Shown here piece after piece: positions 1 to 11,436 of a stretch of DNA of 64,000 nucleotides. Position 1 is the stretch's first letter; the number at the start of each line of letters is the position of its first letter. The DNA is from Thermodesulfobacteriota bacterium (GTDB lineage: Bacteria; Desulfobacterota_D; UBA1144; Nemesobacterales; UBA2774), in the NCBI GenBank assembly GCA_965216785.1, contig OZ244197.1, positions 2,560,001 through 2,624,000 of the forward strand, read 5' to 3'. The notes beneath the pieces were generated by a model. That model was not told the origin of the DNA. It saw only the letters and a list, made by a program, of their open reading frames with translations, and did not search any database. The position numbers were made by a program, and so were the translations under genes.

Positions 1-306
1 TCCGCGGTGCTTTCGGGAGAGGAGCCCCATATGCACGATATACAGGGCATTGGCCCCGGGTTCATCCCCCCTATACTGGACTCAGATATGTATGACGAGA
101 TAATTCAGGTATCGGCAAGTGAAGCAGCCGAGTTTGCAAGAGAAATTGCTCTTAAAGAAGGGCTTTTAGTCGGTATTTCATCGGGCGCGTCAGGGTATGC
201 GGCCCTTAAAATTGCAAAAAGGCTTGGCCCGGGTAAACAGGTAGTTACAATTTTCTGCGATACAGGCGAGCGCTATTTAAGCACTGGACTTTTCGGAAAC
301 GAATAA
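1..306 (+). CDS. cysK: Cysteine synthase, C-terminal part (5' truncated by window edge)
   Basis: [21 protein letters not shown] and [10 protein letters not shown] motifs; frame open from base 1. Confidence 0.93.
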   Translation, partial: SAVLSGEEPHMHDIQGIGPGFIPPILDSDMYDEIIQVSASEAAEFAREIALKEGLLVGISSGASGYAALKIAKRLGPGKQVVTIFCDTGERYLSTGLFGNE

Positions 307-436
307 TATATTAAGTTTAGGATAGTATATGCTTTATTGTGAGGAAATGGTGACAGTCCAAGCACAAAGCATACAGGGACAGCGGGAATGCAATAAAAAC
401 GAGCGTTTCACAGCAGTAGAGAGGAATTAGTAGTGT

Positions 437-465
437 TTGATAATGACGGCTATATGTGGTATCTT
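437..465 (+). promoter_or_regulatory. sigma70-type promoter for ftsH operon
   Basis: TTGATA-N17-TATCTT with TGn extended -10. Confidence 0.55.
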
Positions 466-511
466 TGAGTATGCTTTCCTGCAGTTATATTTTAAATTAT
501 ACGAGGTCTAA

Positions 512-2407
512 GTGAACAGCCAATTATTTAAAAATTTAGTACTATGGTTGGTAATTTTTGTAGCAATAATAGCTTTATACCAACTTGTGCATACCCCTAG
601 AGTCGCTACTCTCGAAATCCCTTATAGCGAGTTTTTAGAATATGTGGATAAGGGTGATGTAAAGGAGCTCGAATTTAAGGGCGAGCAAATAACGGGTGAG
701 TTTTCAAGCCCTGTTGGAGAGAGTTCTGATACGGGCTTTAAAACAGTCGGTCCCGCAAGCGAAGACCTCCTGAAAACCCTTGAAGAAAAAGGTGTTTCAT
801 TTAAATTCGATGCCAATAAAGAAGGCTCGCTTACTCATATCCTTCTCAACTGGGCTCCGCTGATTCTTCTTATAGTCATTATGGTTTTCTTTATGCGTCA
901 GCTGCAGGCGGGCGGCACGAAGGCTATGTCTTTTGGTAAAAACAAAGCCAGAATGCTTTCTGAAAATCAAAACAAGATCACATTTAAAGACGTTGCAGGC
1001 GTAGACGAGGCGAAAGAGGAAGTCCAGGAGATTGTGGAGTTCCTGAAGAGCCCTAAGAAATTTACCAAGATCGGAGGCCGCATACCAAAGGGTATTCTGC
1101 TTGTAGGTCCTCCTGGGACGGGTAAAACCCTTCTGGCAAAAGCCATAGCCGGTGAGGCGGGTGTGCCGTTCTTTATTATTAGCGGCAGCGACTTTGTTGA
1201 AATGTTTGTAGGAGTAGGTGCGTCAAGGGTCAGGGACCTTTTCGTTCAGGCTAAGCGCCACGCTCCCTGCATTATCTTCGTCGACGAGCTTGACGCCGTA
1301 GGCAGGCACAGGGGTGCTGGGCTCGGCGGAGGACACGACGAGAGAGAGCAGACGCTAAACCAGCTGCTTGTTGAGATGGACGGTTTTGAATCCAACGAAG
1401 GGATTATTGTGATGGCGGCGACCAACCGCCCCGACGTGCTTGACCCCGCTCTTCTAAGGCCGGGCCGGTTTGACCGGCAGGTTGTAGTTCCGAGACCCGA
1501 CGTAAGAGGAAGAGAAGAGATTCTGAAAGTGCATTCTAAAAACACTCCGCTTGATAGCGATGTCGAGCTTTCCGTAATCGCGCGGTCCACTCCGGGCTTT
1601 TCAGGCGCGGACCTTGAGAACCTCGTGAACGAATCGGCCCTTCATGCGGCAAGGCAAAGCAGAGCAAAAATCTCGATGCAGGACTTTGAGTTCGCAAAAG
1701 ACAAAGTCATTATGGGTGTTGAGAGAAAGAGCATGATAATAAGCGACTCGGAAAGAAAAATCACCGCATACCACGAAGCGGGCCATGCGCTTGTAGCAAA
1801 GCTGACGCCGGGAACAGACCCGATTCACAAGGTCACCATTATACCGAGAGGAATGGCGCTTGGAGTAACACAGCAGCTGCCTATTGAAGACAAATACACG
1901 CTTTCCAGAACGAGCCTTAACGGGACAATCAAAGTCCTGCTCGGAGGAAGAGCCGCCGAGGAAATAGTATTTGGCGAGCGCACGAGCGGCGCAGGGAACG
2001 ACCTTGACCGTGTTACGGATATCGCGCGCCGAATGGTGTGTGAATGGGGAATGAGTGAAAAAGTTGGTCCCGTTACGTTTGGCAAAGGTGAAGACCAGAT
2101 TTTCTTGGGCAAAGAGATATCAAAACCCAAAGACTATAGCGAAGAGACAGCTATTGAAATTGATAGCGAGATACGCTCTATTGTCACGGACAATTATTCA
2201 AAAGCGAAATCTACTCTTGAAGATAATATTGACTTACTTCACAAGCTTGCCGAGATGCTCCTCGATAAGGAAGTCATAGACGGAAAAGAGCTCGATGAGC
2301 TCGTTAGTAGCCACAAGCCCCAAAAAGATTATCCCTCCCCTTGGCAAAACCCGACCACAGAAGGGTCGGTAGCCTTTAGGAGCAGTAATAATTCTGAAGA
2401 CGCTTGA
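512..2407 (+). CDS. ftsH: ATP-dependent zinc metalloprotease FtsH
   Basis: Two N-terminal TM segments, Walker [24 protein letters not shown] zinc motif. Confidence 0.98.
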   Translation: MNSQLFKNLVLWLVIFVAIIALYQLVHTPRVATLEIPYSEFLEYVDKGDVKELEFKGEQITGEFSSPVGESSDTGFKTVGPASEDLLKTLEEKGVSFKFDANKEGSLTHILLNWAPLILLIVIMVFFMRQLQAGGTKAMSFGKNKARMLSENQNKITFKDVAGVDEAKEEVQEIVEFLKSPKKFTKIGGRIPKGILLVGPPGTGKTLLAKAIAGEAGVPFFIISGSDFVEMFVGVGASRVRDLFVQAKRHAPCIIFVDELDAVGRHRGAGLGGGHDEREQTLNQLLVEMDGFESNEGIIVMAATNRPDVLDPALLRPGRFDRQVVVPRPDVRGREEILKVHSKNTPLDSDVELSVIARSTPGFSGADLENLVNESALHAARQSRAKISMQDFEFAKDKVIMGVERKSMIISDSERKITAYHEAGHALVAKLTPGTDPIHKVTIIPRGMALGVTQQLPIEDKYTLSRTSLNGTIKVLLGGRAAEEIVFGERTSGAGNDLDRVTDIARRMVCEWGMSEKVGPVTFGKGEDQIFLGKEISKPKDYSEETAIEIDSEIRSIVTDNYSKAKSTLEDNIDLLHKLAEMLLDKEVIDGKELDELVSSHKPQKDYPSPWQNPTTEGSVAFRSSNNSEDA

Positions 2408-2527
2408 TCCGCAGTACTTATTACTTACGGCGCGGTGTATCGGGGTTCTCTAATTTTGAATAGACAACGGAGCCGATTTACATTTTTGGCTCCGACTATA
2501 TAAGTAAATCCCTTTAGCGAGGCAGAA

Positions 2528-3448
2528 ATGTTGCGTGAGAATGCGGCTAACTCAAAAATCGGTCTGGAAGATGAAACGGGAACCTCTGTTTTAAATACCC
2601 ATCTGTTCAAGTGCAGGGACACCGAGTTTGACCTGAGTTTAAGGACTCACATAATGGGAGTGCTGAATACGACGCCCGACTCCTTTTATGACGGAGGGAA
2701 TTACTCGCAGATAGATGCAGCTTTAAAACACGTGGAAAAAATGATAGAGGAAGGCGCGGATATTATAGACATAGGCGGTGAATCCACCCGCCCGGGCTCC
2801 CTACCCGTCTCAGCCAAAGAAGAGCTGGAAAGGGTGATACCGGTCATAAAGGAAATAAGAAAACGTTTTGACATACCGCTATCCATTGATACAACGAAAT
2901 CAGAGGTCGCCCTCAGGGCGCTGGAGGAAGGCGTGAAGATTGTTAACGACATAAGCGCTCTCACTTTTGACCCGGAAATCGCAGACGCAGCATCTAAATA
3001 CGGAGCAGGACTTGTTCTGAGCCACACTACTTCGAGACCCCGCGATATGCAGAGCAAAACCAGTTACGGCTCTCTTATCGAAGACATTAAGCTCCCTCTT
3101 CGAATTTCAGTAAAACTGGCTGAGCACAGAGGCGTGCGTCCGCGCTCTATTGTTGTAGACCCAGGATTTGGTTTTGGAAAAACAGTAGAGCAGAATTTAG
3201 CTATTCTTAAGCACTTAAACTCTTTCCTAGAACTCGGCAAACCTATATTAATCGGGACTTCAAACAAGTCATTTATCGGCAAAGTCCTTGATGCGGAGGC
3301 AGGAGATAGAACCGAAGGCACGGCGGCCACGGTAGCGGTCGGTATACTAAATGGGGCTTCCATAATACGAGTACATGAAACGGGGTATATGAAACGCGTA
3401 TCCCAAATGATTGATGCAATACTTAATGTTAGTCACGAAACTTATTGA
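2528..3448 (+). CDS. folP: Dihydropteroate synthase
   Basis: MGVLNTTPDSFYDGG, DIGGESTRPG, DPGFGFGK, IIRVH; follows ftsH. Confidence 0.96.
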   Translation: MLRENAANSKIGLEDETGTSVLNTHLFKCRDTEFDLSLRTHIMGVLNTTPDSFYDGGNYSQIDAALKHVEKMIEEGADIIDIGGESTRPGSLPVSAKEELERVIPVIKEIRKRFDIPLSIDTTKSEVALRALEEGVKIVNDISALTFDPEIADAASKYGAGLVLSHTTSRPRDMQSKTSYGSLIEDIKLPLRISVKLAEHRGVRPRSIVVDPGFGFGKTVEQNLAILKHLNSFLELGKPILIGTSNKSFIGKVLDAEAGDRTEGTAATVAVGILNGASIIRVHETGYMKRVSQMIDAILNVSHETY

Positions 3449-3489
3449 AATGTCTTAACTTTTTCTAAGTTTTAAGTTATAATTTGATT

Positions 3490-4296
3490 ATGCTCGACGC
3501 TATAATTAATTACCGCTACGTTTGGGATACTCTCGACATCGTACTTGTCGCATTCGTAATATATTATGCGCTAAGGATAATAGAGGGCACAAGAGCAGTT
3601 CAGATACTGTTCGGACTGGTACTTCTAGTAGTGCTTTATTACTTCTCTCAAAGAGGTCTTTTCACTCTCAACTGGATACTCGGGCAGTTCCTGGGATCGA
3701 TAATATTAATAGTGGTGATACTTTTCCAGCACGACATTCGCCGGGGCCTTGCGGCAATCGGAAGGAGACCTTTTTTACTAAAACTCTCTCCAGGCAAGTC
3801 AAAACAGCTCTATGCCGAAGAAGTTGTAAAAGCGGCGAGCTACCTGGCCAATAGACATATAGGCGCGCTCATAGCGATTGAAAGGAACAACAGCTTATCT
3901 GACTTTATAGAAATAGGTATGAGGATCGACGCGCTCGTGTCAAGAGAGCTTATAATCAGCATATTCAACCCCGCCTCCCCTCTTCACGACGGCGGGATAA
4001 TCATAGTAGGCAACAGGATCGTTTCCGCGGGCTCGTTTTTCCCGCTTGTTACCGACCCCGATCTTGAGAGGGAGCTCGGAACGAGACATAGGGCGGCAAT
4101 CGGGCTCTCAGCCGAGACAGATGCAATGGTAATTGCCGTTTCCGAAGAGACCGGCACCATTTCCCTTGCCTCTGGGGGCGAGATCACCAGGGGACTCGAC
4201 GCGACAGCTCTTAACAACAAGCTTCAGGAACTCCTTGGCATAAAAAAGCCCGATCAGCCTAAACAAGTTGCGATAACTAACAAAGAGGAGAGCTAA
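3490..4296 (+). CDS. cdaA: Diadenylate cyclase (c-di-AMP synthase)
   Basis: Three N-terminal TM helices, SPLHDGG and GTRHRAA catalytic motifs; alternative TTG start at 3484. Confidence 0.95.
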   Translation: MLDAIINYRYVWDTLDIVLVAFVIYYALRIIEGTRAVQILFGLVLLVVLYYFSQRGLFTLNWILGQFLGSIILIVVILFQHDIRRGLAAIGRRPFLLKLSPGKSKQLYAEEVVKAASYLANRHIGALIAIERNNSLSDFIEIGMRIDALVSRELIISIFNPASPLHDGGIIIVGNRIVSAGSFFPLVTDPDLERELGTRHRAAIGLSAETDAMVIAVSEETGTISLASGGEITRGLDATALNNKLQELLGIKKPDQPKQVAITNKEES

Positions 4297-4321
4297 GAGC
4301 AAACACCTTTAGGGTATAGAT

Positions 4322-5302
4322 ATGGTGGACTGGTTAAAAAAACCCTATCAATCAGATAGCGGCAATACTAATAAAGCAAAAACTCCTTTCTTCTCGGACA
4401 TGGGAAAGAAGCTCCTTGCTGTGGTAATCGCCATATCGCTTTGGATGGTAGCAAACCTGCAGCACGACGTAGATAAAAATGTGAATATAGATATTAACTA
4501 TGCGAATCTGCCCCCAGGACTTGTTATAGCCAACAATCCGCCGGAAAAGCTCACAGTAAGAATGAGAGGCCCCAGAAGTCAGCTGCCCTCAGCCAACTCA
4601 GAGACTATGTTATTTACAATCGATCTCTCAAACCTTGGCGAAGGCATGTCACGGTTTGATATAACCACGGATCAGATTATTCCACCCAGGGACGTACAGG
4701 TCACGGGCATAAGCCCGGCTGAGATAGAGATCGATATAGACAAGCTTAGCGATAAGAACGTAAAAGTCGTGCCTTCTTTAGGACCGCTCGAGCCAGGGTA
4801 TGAAATTATCGGCGAGCCCGAAGTAGTGCCGTCAGAGATCATGGTCCGCGGCCCTGAAAGCCTGATAAATAAAATCAACAGCATAACTACAGACCCTGTG
4901 GATCTAAAGGGAGAAAGGTCGAAATTTACCATAGAAGTGCCGCTCCGCTCCCCCTACTCTCTTGTTAAAGTGGTAGGCAACAACACAGTGCGAGTTACAG
5001 TGGACATAGCGGAAAGGACACTGGAGAAAGAATTTAACAACCTTGCGATAAACTTTGTTAACTTCGACGATTTTGATTTTGAAACAGACGGTAATATCGT
5101 TACCGAGATCTCATTCGAAGGCCCTTTCAGCATAATCAACAACCTCAGCAGCGAAGACATAGAGCTCTTCGTTGACGGAAGCGATATTAGTAATAACAGC
5201 AACAAGACTCATAAACTAAAAGTCAGCGTCGATTATCCTCACAAGGAATTACTCAAGTTAAAGAGTCAATCCCCAAAGACAATCGAGATAAAATTAAACT
5301 GA
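4322..5302 (+). CDS. cdaR: CdaR/YbbR-domain regulator of CdaA
   Basis: KLLAVVIAISLW anchor, repeated V-x-V-x-G-P YbbR units; lies between cdaA and glmM. Confidence 0.88.
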   Translation: MVDWLKKPYQSDSGNTNKAKTPFFSDMGKKLLAVVIAISLWMVANLQHDVDKNVNIDINYANLPPGLVIANNPPEKLTVRMRGPRSQLPSANSETMLFTIDLSNLGEGMSRFDITTDQIIPPRDVQVTGISPAEIEIDIDKLSDKNVKVVPSLGPLEPGYEIIGEPEVVPSEIMVRGPESLINKINSITTDPVDLKGERSKFTIEVPLRSPYSLVKVVGNNTVRVTVDIAERTLEKEFNNLAINFVNFDDFDFETDGNIVTEISFEGPFSIINNLSSEDIELFVDGSDISNNSNKTHKLKVSVDYPHKELLKLKSQSPKTIEIKLN

Positions 5303-5316
5303 GCGGGAGAATCAGC

Positions 5317-6690
5317 TTGGAGATTAAACAAAGACGCCTCTTCGGCACAGACGGCATCAGGGGTGTAGCCAACAGTGAACCAATGACGCCCGAGATGAGC
5401 CTAAGGCTCGGGAAGGCACTCACTCATAGCCTGAAACAAAATAAGACTGATACCAAAAGACCAAAAATCGTTATAGGCAAGGACACCAGGCTCTCGGGGT
5501 ATATGTTCGAGCAGGCTCTGTCTTCAGGCATAGCTTCAATGGGTGCGGATGTTCTGTTAGTGGGTCCACTCCCCACACCTGCTATTGCGTTCATTACTTC
5601 CAGCATGCGGGCCGATGCCGGCATTGTCATTTCCGCATCTCATAACCCCTACCAGGATAACGGCATTAAAATATTTGACCGTCACGGTTTTAAGCTCCCC
5701 GATGAAAGAGAGATTGAGATTGAGGAGCTCATGAATAACGGAGATGCAGACCAGGTAAAAAGCTCCCCGAACGACATAGGTAAAGCATACAGGATTGACG
5801 ACGCTCAGGGGCGCTACGTTGTATTTGTAAAGAACTCTTTCCCCGAAGACCTAACTTTAGACGACGTGCGCTTAGTGCTCGACTGCGCAAACGGCGCTGC
5901 GTACAAGGTAGCGCCCACAGTGTTTCAGGAGCTTGGCGCGGAGCTCGTTACTATCGGTGTAAACCCGGACGGCGAAAATATCAACACCGAGTGCGGATCA
6001 CTGAACCCCGAGCTTCTCTGCCAAGAAGTGCTCGATACCGGCTCCCAAGTCGGTATAGCCCTTGACGGTGACGCAGACAGGGTCATATTCTCCGATGAAA
6101 AGGGCAACATCGTAGACGGTGACAAAATCATAGCCATCTGCGCGACCGAGATGATAGAGAACGGGACTCTGCGCGGGAACGCGGTAGTTACTACCCTAAT
6201 GAGCAATATGGCTCTTGAGAAATATATAACGGACAAGGGACTCGAATTCATTCGCACTCAGGTAGGAGACCGATACGTGGTCGAAGAAATGCGCAGGAGA
6301 AATTGTAATTTGGGAGGCGAGCAGTCCGGCCACATAATATTCCTTGACCACACAACTACCGGCGACGGTACGCTAGCGGCACTTCAGCTGTTGGCGATTA
6401 TGAAAAGAAAGGAGAAAACCCTTTCCGAGCTAGCTCGCATTTTCGATCTCTACCCCCAGGTATTATTAAATCTAAAGGTAAGGGAAAAGAAGAACCTCTC
6501 TGACATTCCGGGACTAAGCAAGCTGCTAGGCGAGCAGGAGAACCGCTTAAACGGCAAGGGCCGCATTAATATCAGATATTCAGGCACAGAGCCCATTGCA
6601 AGGGTTATGGTAGAAGGCGAAAACGACACTCTCATTAACGAGATAGCGGCGACGCTTACGGATAAGATTAGAAAAGAAATAGGAGCTTGA
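5317..6690 (+). CDS. glmM: Phosphoglucosamine mutase
   Basis: [29 protein letters not shown]. Confidence 0.97.
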   Translation: MEIKQRRLFGTDGIRGVANSEPMTPEMSLRLGKALTHSLKQNKTDTKRPKIVIGKDTRLSGYMFEQALSSGIASMGADVLLVGPLPTPAIAFITSSMRADAGIVISASHNPYQDNGIKIFDRHGFKLPDEREIEIEELMNNGDADQVKSSPNDIGKAYRIDDAQGRYVVFVKNSFPEDLTLDDVRLVLDCANGAAYKVAPTVFQELGAELVTIGVNPDGENINTECGSLNPELLCQEVLDTGSQVGIALDGDADRVIFSDEKGNIVDGDKIIAICATEMIENGTLRGNAVVTTLMSNMALEKYITDKGLEFIRTQVGDRYVVEEMRRRNCNLGGEQSGHIIFLDHTTTGDGTLAALQLLAIMKRKEKTLSELARIFDLYPQVLLNLKVREKKNLSDIPGLSKLLGEQENRLNGKGRINIRYSGTEPIARVMVEGENDTLINEIAATLTDKIRKEIGA

Positions 6691-6695
6691 TACAG

Positions 6696-7409
6696 ATGCC
6701 GAAATTGAATGTAAATATAGATCATGTAGCGACCATAAGACAGGCAAGAGGCGGGGTCGAGCCAGATCCTGTGGCCGCCGCCGTGCTTGCTGAGCTCTCG
6801 GGGGCCGACGGTATTGTCGTACATTTGAGAGAAGATCGAAGACACATCCAGGACAGAGACTTAAGACTCCTAAGAGAGACAGTAAAAACAAAGCTCAATA
6901 TGGAAATGGCCGCAACTGAGGAAATGGTGCAGATAGCAAAAGCGGTGCTGCCCGACATGGTAACCCTTGTGCCCGAGAAAAGAAAGGAGCTTACTACCGA
7001 GGGGGGCCTTGATGTTAAGGGTAGCTATAAAAACGTGTCGCGCACTGTTAGAGAGTTAAAGACAAGCGGGATCTTCGTGAGCCTCTTCATCGATCCGGAC
7101 CAAGAGCAGATAAAGATATCTAAAGAAGCGGGCGCCCACATGGTAGAGCTCCACACTGGCAATTATTCCGACGCGGCGAATGAAGACGAAATGGAGCGTG
7201 AGCTTGATAAGATCGAAAGTGCGGTTCACGCGGCGGTAAAAGCAGGCCTAAGAGTTGCCGCCGGGCACGGGCTTGACTACAAGAACACTGAATACGTAGC
7301 TCAGTTCGAGGACATAGAAGAGCTTAACATCGGCCACAGCATTGTCTCAAGAGCAGTTCTTGTCGGTATGGAAAAAGCCGTAAGCGATATGCTTATACTC
7401 TGCAGCTAA
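6696..7409 (+). CDS. pdxJ: Pyridoxine 5'-phosphate synthase
   Basis: [36 protein letters not shown]. Confidence 0.97.
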   Translation: MPKLNVNIDHVATIRQARGGVEPDPVAAAVLAELSGADGIVVHLREDRRHIQDRDLRLLRETVKTKLNMEMAATEEMVQIAKAVLPDMVTLVPEKRKELTTEGGLDVKGSYKNVSRTVRELKTSGIFVSLFIDPDQEQIKISKEAGAHMVELHTGNYSDAANEDEMERELDKIESAVHAAVKAGLRVAAGHGLDYKNTEYVAQFEDIEELNIGHSIVSRAVLVGMEKAVSDMLILCS

Positions 7410-7434
7410 TTCCGTCAATCAAACACAACAAGCA

Positions 7435-7470
7435 GTCATTGCGAGGTTCCAAAGGAGCCGCGGCAATCCC
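7435..7470. repeat. REP/RPE-like palindromic element
   Basis: GTCATTGCGAGG-TTCCAAAGGAGCC-GCGGCAATCC imperfect hairpin between convergent pdxJ and fur; resembles GTCATTGCGAG...GCAATC repeats. Confidence 0.5.
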
Positions 7471-7589
7471 CAACAAAAACAGGATCAATCAATCCCCGAA
7501 GCTTTCGAAGGGCTCAGGACAAACTGGATCAGTCTCCTTAAATTAACAACTAGGAAATGGAACAATACAGAAGTTTCAATAAGTTTAAT

Positions 7590-8051
7590 CTAAGATTCGC
7601 TACAGGAAGAGCAAAGCCCGTAAATCTGGAGCTTATGGTCTTTTACGTTAAATTGGTTTAATTTCGCTATCTGGTTCAGACAAAGCTCAATCTGTGTATT
7701 GGCAAACTCATATACATTCCCGCAGTTAGTGCATATCATATGATGATGGTGCTCTGTCTCAGAGCGTATGGGCTCGTAACGCGCCTTGCCGTCACCAAAG
7801 TCCCTTTCTGCGGCGATACCGGACTCTCTGAATAACTTGAGTGTCCTGTACACTGTAGCAAAGCCTATCTTAGGGTGGTTCTTTTTTATATTCTCGTAAA
7901 ACTCCTCAACGGTAACGTGCTTACCCATATAATTATTAAAGAACTCGTCAAAGATAACATCTCTTTGCTTCGTTGACTTAAGCTGCATTCTCGAAATATA
8001 ATCGTTAAGTGTTTTTCTTCGTTCCATTTTTCTTTTTGCCACAGGTGTCAT
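7590..8051 (-). CDS. fur: Fur-family transcriptional regulator
   Basis: ATVYRTLKLF HTH, HHHMICTNCG and C-terminal CxxC. Confidence 0.92.
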   Translation of the reverse strand: MTPVAKRKMERRKTLNDYISRMQLKSTKQRDVIFDEFFNNYMGKHVTVEEFYENIKKNHPKIGFATVYRTLKLFRESGIAAERDFGDGKARYEPIRSETEHHHHMICTNCGNVYEFANTQIELCLNQIAKLNQFNVKDHKLQIYGLCSSCSES

Positions 8052-8071
8052 ATTTTATTCCTCTTTCCGAT

Positions 8072-8090
8072 ATTGAATATAATTATCAAT
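8072..8090. promoter_or_regulatory. Fur-box-like operator upstream of fur
   Basis: Minus strand ATTGATAATTATATTCAAT; 12/14 match to TGATAATnATTATCA, 20 bp upstream of the fur start. Confidence 0.6.
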
Positions 8091-8208
8091 AATAACCTAA
8101 AGAGGATAAAATATCAAGAGGTCAAAGCTACTATTTGCAAATCATTACCATTACGGTCTTTTTAATTGTGATATAATACCCAAGACCTCTTCCAAAGATA
8201 AATATAAC

Positions 8209-9462
8209 ATGCCTCAAAACCCTATACTATATCTAAACTCTCTCGGCCTTCATAAAGTAAAACCCGGCCTGGAAAGAATAAAGAAGATACTTGGAGCCCT
8301 CAATAACCCTGAGCAAAAGGTTCCTGGAATCATTGTCGCCGGCACTAACGGTAAAGGCTCGGTTTCAGCCTCAATTTCCGCAGTACTATGCGAGGCAGGT
8401 TATAAAACGGGTCTCTACACCTCCCCTCATTTGATAAATCTTAATGAGAGAATCAGAATTAATGGAGAAAAGATAAAGGAAAAAGAGCTCACTGATTATA
8501 TCGAACGGGTTAGAAGCGCGTCTGAAAAGAGCGCTGTAGAGCCGAGTTCTTTTGAGGTGCTCACTGCCTGCGCATATCTATATTTTGCCGATAACGACAA
8601 TGATTTTAATATCCTTGAAGTAGGCTTGGGTGGAAGGTGGGACGCGACGAACGTCATTAAACCTCTAGTGTCCGTAATCACCAATATTTCTGCTGACCAT
8701 ACCGAGTACCTGGGGGACAGTCTTTCGGAAATAGCCGCTGAAAAGGCTTGTATTATTAAACCCGCCACACCTGTAGTAACCGGAGCACGGGATGAAGCAC
8801 TCGAAGTAGTAAAGAGCGAAGCAATTAAACACTCTTGCGAGCTATACATATCCGGCAAAGACTTTAAACTGACCCACACCGCAGACAAGGGGCTATGTTA
8901 TATGGGTAATATATGGAATATAGGCAATATTACATCCACCTTAAAAGGATTGTACCAATATGAGAATCTGGCTCTCGCCGTAAAGGTCTTGGAGAAGCTC
9001 GCAGAGTCGGGACAAATAAAACTTGAAGTACAAACATTAAGAGAAGGTCTCTCCAATATCAACTGGGAGGGAAGGTTTCAGATCGTTAGAGATACCCCTC
9101 CCCTTATCCTGGACAGCGCTCACAATTCTGGCGCCGCAAAGGCTCTCATCTCTTCGCTTACAGACAATTATCCGGGTGTTAAGTTTACGTTTCTGATTGC
9201 TATGCTTGAAGATAAAGACCACGGCGCGTTTATAAATGAAATAGCTCAGAATGCAGCTAAGATAATTATTACAAAAGCGCCGTCCGAAAGGAGTGCGGAT
9301 ACAAAGGCTTTATATAATTTTGCCAAAGAGCATACTAATAATGTTGTGATTATAGAGGATTACGAAGAGGCATACAGTGGTTTAATCAAAAACGGCGCAC
9401 CCGGATGCGTCACAGGATCGCTTTACTTAATTGGTGCGCTCCTGGATTTTACTTCTGAATAG
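8209..9462 (+). CDS. folC: Folylpolyglutamate synthase/dihydrofolate synthase
   Basis: VAGTNGKGS, YTSPHL, EVGLGGRWDATNV, LDSAHN. Confidence 0.96.
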   Translation: MPQNPILYLNSLGLHKVKPGLERIKKILGALNNPEQKVPGIIVAGTNGKGSVSASISAVLCEAGYKTGLYTSPHLINLNERIRINGEKIKEKELTDYIERVRSASEKSAVEPSSFEVLTACAYLYFADNDNDFNILEVGLGGRWDATNVIKPLVSVITNISADHTEYLGDSLSEIAAEKACIIKPATPVVTGARDEALEVVKSEAIKHSCELYISGKDFKLTHTADKGLCYMGNIWNIGNITSTLKGLYQYENLALAVKVLEKLAESGQIKLEVQTLREGLSNINWEGRFQIVRDTPPLILDSAHNSGAAKALISSLTDNYPGVKFTFLIAMLEDKDHGAFINEIAQNAAKIIITKAPSERSADTKALYNFAKEHTNNVVIIEDYEEAYSGLIKNGAPGCVTGSLYLIGALLDFTSE

Positions 9463-9564
9463 GTTCCAGATATATAAAAATCTAAACTCTATATAAATCA
9501 AATTTATGGTTTCTATGAATAAATTCATGTGCTAGCATTTAAATCACAAAGGAGAGTGTGAATT

Positions 9565-10602
9565 ATGCCCAAAGTTGGAATAGTGCTGGACAAGCTCTAT
9601 GTAGATCACGATAACGGCATGGGCCATCCCGAGACCCATGAGAGGATTCTTGCCATCGTGGACATGCTCAATTTTACTAAGCTCATAGACGAAGTCGTGA
9701 AGATCACGCCGAGAGACGCGACCAAAGAAGAAATCACACTAGTACATACGGCAGAGCATTTTGATAAGATGGCTTCCACGAAAGGTAAACCCAAAGTGTT
9801 TTTGGACGCAGACACCTCCACTTGCCCGGTTTCTTTTGACGCTGCCGTAAGAGCCTCAGGCGGCATGCTATCCGCAATTGATAGCATTCTGGAAGGAGAA
9901 GTAGACAGAGCTATGCCGCTCGTAAGACCCCCCGGGCATCACGCAGAGGCCGACAGGGCTATGGGGTTTTGTCTATTTAACCACGTCGCCGTGGGCGCCG
10001 CATACCTAACACGCATAAAAGGGCTCAGCCGCGTGCTCGTAGTAGACTGGGATTTACACCATGGAAACGGAACGCAGCATATGTTTTATGACGACCCCTC
10101 TGTGCTTTACTTCTCCACACACCAGCACCCCTTTTACCCCGGCACCGGCAGCCTCAACGAAAAAGGAAGCGGAGAGGGAGAAGGCTATAATATTAATGTC
10201 CCCCTGCCCCCGGGTATGGGAGACTCAGAGTACATTAAGATATTCACCGAGATATTAGCTCCTGTAGTAAAGCAATTTAAACCTGAGTTTATTCTGGTTT
10301 CTGCAGGTTTCGACACATTCCTGGAAGACCCTCTAGGAGGCATGAAAGTCACCCCCGAAGGGTTCGCCAAGCAGACGAGATTCCTAACAGACCTTGCCGA
10401 TAAGTACTGCCGAGGCAAGGTTGTGTTCATTTTGGAAGGCGGCTACAACCTAGACGGCCTGTGGATATCGAGCAAAGAAGTAGTCGAAGAGCTGCTTGAC
10501 AAAAAGAAAAGTGATTACAGTGTACTAGAAGACACTGCTCAAGTAGATTCTATTATAGAAAATGTAAAAAAAGAGTACTCAAAATACTGGGATTTTAGCT
10601 GA
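9565..10602 (+). CDS. Histone deacetylase family (class II-like) deacetylase
   Basis: HPE, RPPGHHA, GFC, DWDLHHGNGTQ, SAGFD, LEGGY. Confidence 0.93.
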   Translation: MPKVGIVLDKLYVDHDNGMGHPETHERILAIVDMLNFTKLIDEVVKITPRDATKEEITLVHTAEHFDKMASTKGKPKVFLDADTSTCPVSFDAAVRASGGMLSAIDSILEGEVDRAMPLVRPPGHHAEADRAMGFCLFNHVAVGAAYLTRIKGLSRVLVVDWDLHHGNGTQHMFYDDPSVLYFSTHQHPFYPGTGSLNEKGSGEGEGYNINVPLPPGMGDSEYIKIFTEILAPVVKQFKPEFILVSAGFDTFLEDPLGGMKVTPEGFAKQTRFLTDLADKYCRGKVVFILEGGYNLDGLWISSKEVVEELLDKKKSDYSVLEDTAQVDSIIENVKKEYSKYWDFS

Positions 10603-11434
10603 CCCTGCTCTTACGCATCTCTTTTCTATAGTCCTTTCCCTCAAGATACATAAACTCGCACATCTCATAGAGCCTTGAAGCGATCCTCTCCCCTATCCTG
10701 ACCTCAAGAATCTCCTTATCCTCACCTATCTCCCTTGCAATGTCAGAGGAGATATAATTTGTTGTAATTACGGTTTTCTTTGAAGAGTTATAACGTTTGG
10801 ATATGAGCTGGTCCAGTATGTTAAGTTCCCATTCGTTACTCCTTCCCTTACCAAGCTCATCTATCACCAGAACCTCTGTCTCTATAAGAGGGACTATAAC
10901 TTCATTTTCAGGAGTACCTTCAGAGTAGGCCTGTTTTAACTCTGAGAGAAGATAAAAGAAGTCTTTAAACATGCATCTCACACCGTGATAAAGCGTAAGC
11001 TCGGAAATCGTTCCGATAGCAAGGTGTGTTTTGCCCAAACCGGACGGACCCATTAACAAAAAACCCTTTTTAGTAGGGTATTTCTTAACAAATTCGTTCT
11101 TTGCGTATGTAAGCGCGTGTTGAAGGGGTTTATTTATTTTCCTCGGATCGAGTCCCGCGTCCACCTGAAGAACGCGTGAATACTTAGCGGGCACGCCCGC
11201 CAGGTTATAGAGCTTAACGTTTCTCCTGACTACGCCGCAGAGACTGCATGGGGCAACATAGGAGTAACCGCTTTTTTTCTGAGACAATACGCTTCCCGAC
11301 CCCCCGCACTCAACACAGTGCTCGATACAGCTGCAAAGCTCCGCGCGTGCATATGTCTCGCCCTCTAATACGTGAAACCCCGAATAGTGACAATCGTCAC
11401 AGCCCACCTGCTGTCTTTTAATCTCCATACTCAC
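10595..11434 (-). CDS. DnaC/DnaI/IstB-like AAA+ ATPase with N-terminal Cys-rich Zn-binding region
   Basis: GPSGLGKTHLA, VLVIDELG, ITTN, RIASRL; several CxxC pairs at the N-terminus. Confidence 0.85.
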   Translation of the reverse strand: MSMEIKRQQVGCDDCHYSGFHVLEGETYARAELCSCIEHCVECGGSGSVLSQKKSGYSYVAPCSLCGVVRRNVKLYNLAGVPAKYSRVLQVDAGLDPRKINKPLQHALTYAKNEFVKKYPTKKGFLLMGPSGLGKTHLAIGTISELTLYHGVRCMFKDFFYLLSELKQAYSEGTPENEVIVPLIETEVLVIDELGKGRSNEWELNILDQLISKRYNSSKKTVITTNYISSDIAREIGEDKEILEVRIGERIASRLYEMCEFMYLEGKDYRKEMRKSRVS

Positions 11435-11436
11435 CG

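Noticed and set aside
329-430. 33-codon ORF between cysK and ftsH
   Set aside because: No recognisable motif or clear RBS
10595-11434. IS21 element (IstB)
   Set aside because: No IstA transposase or terminal inverted repeats; the gene is operonic with rpe
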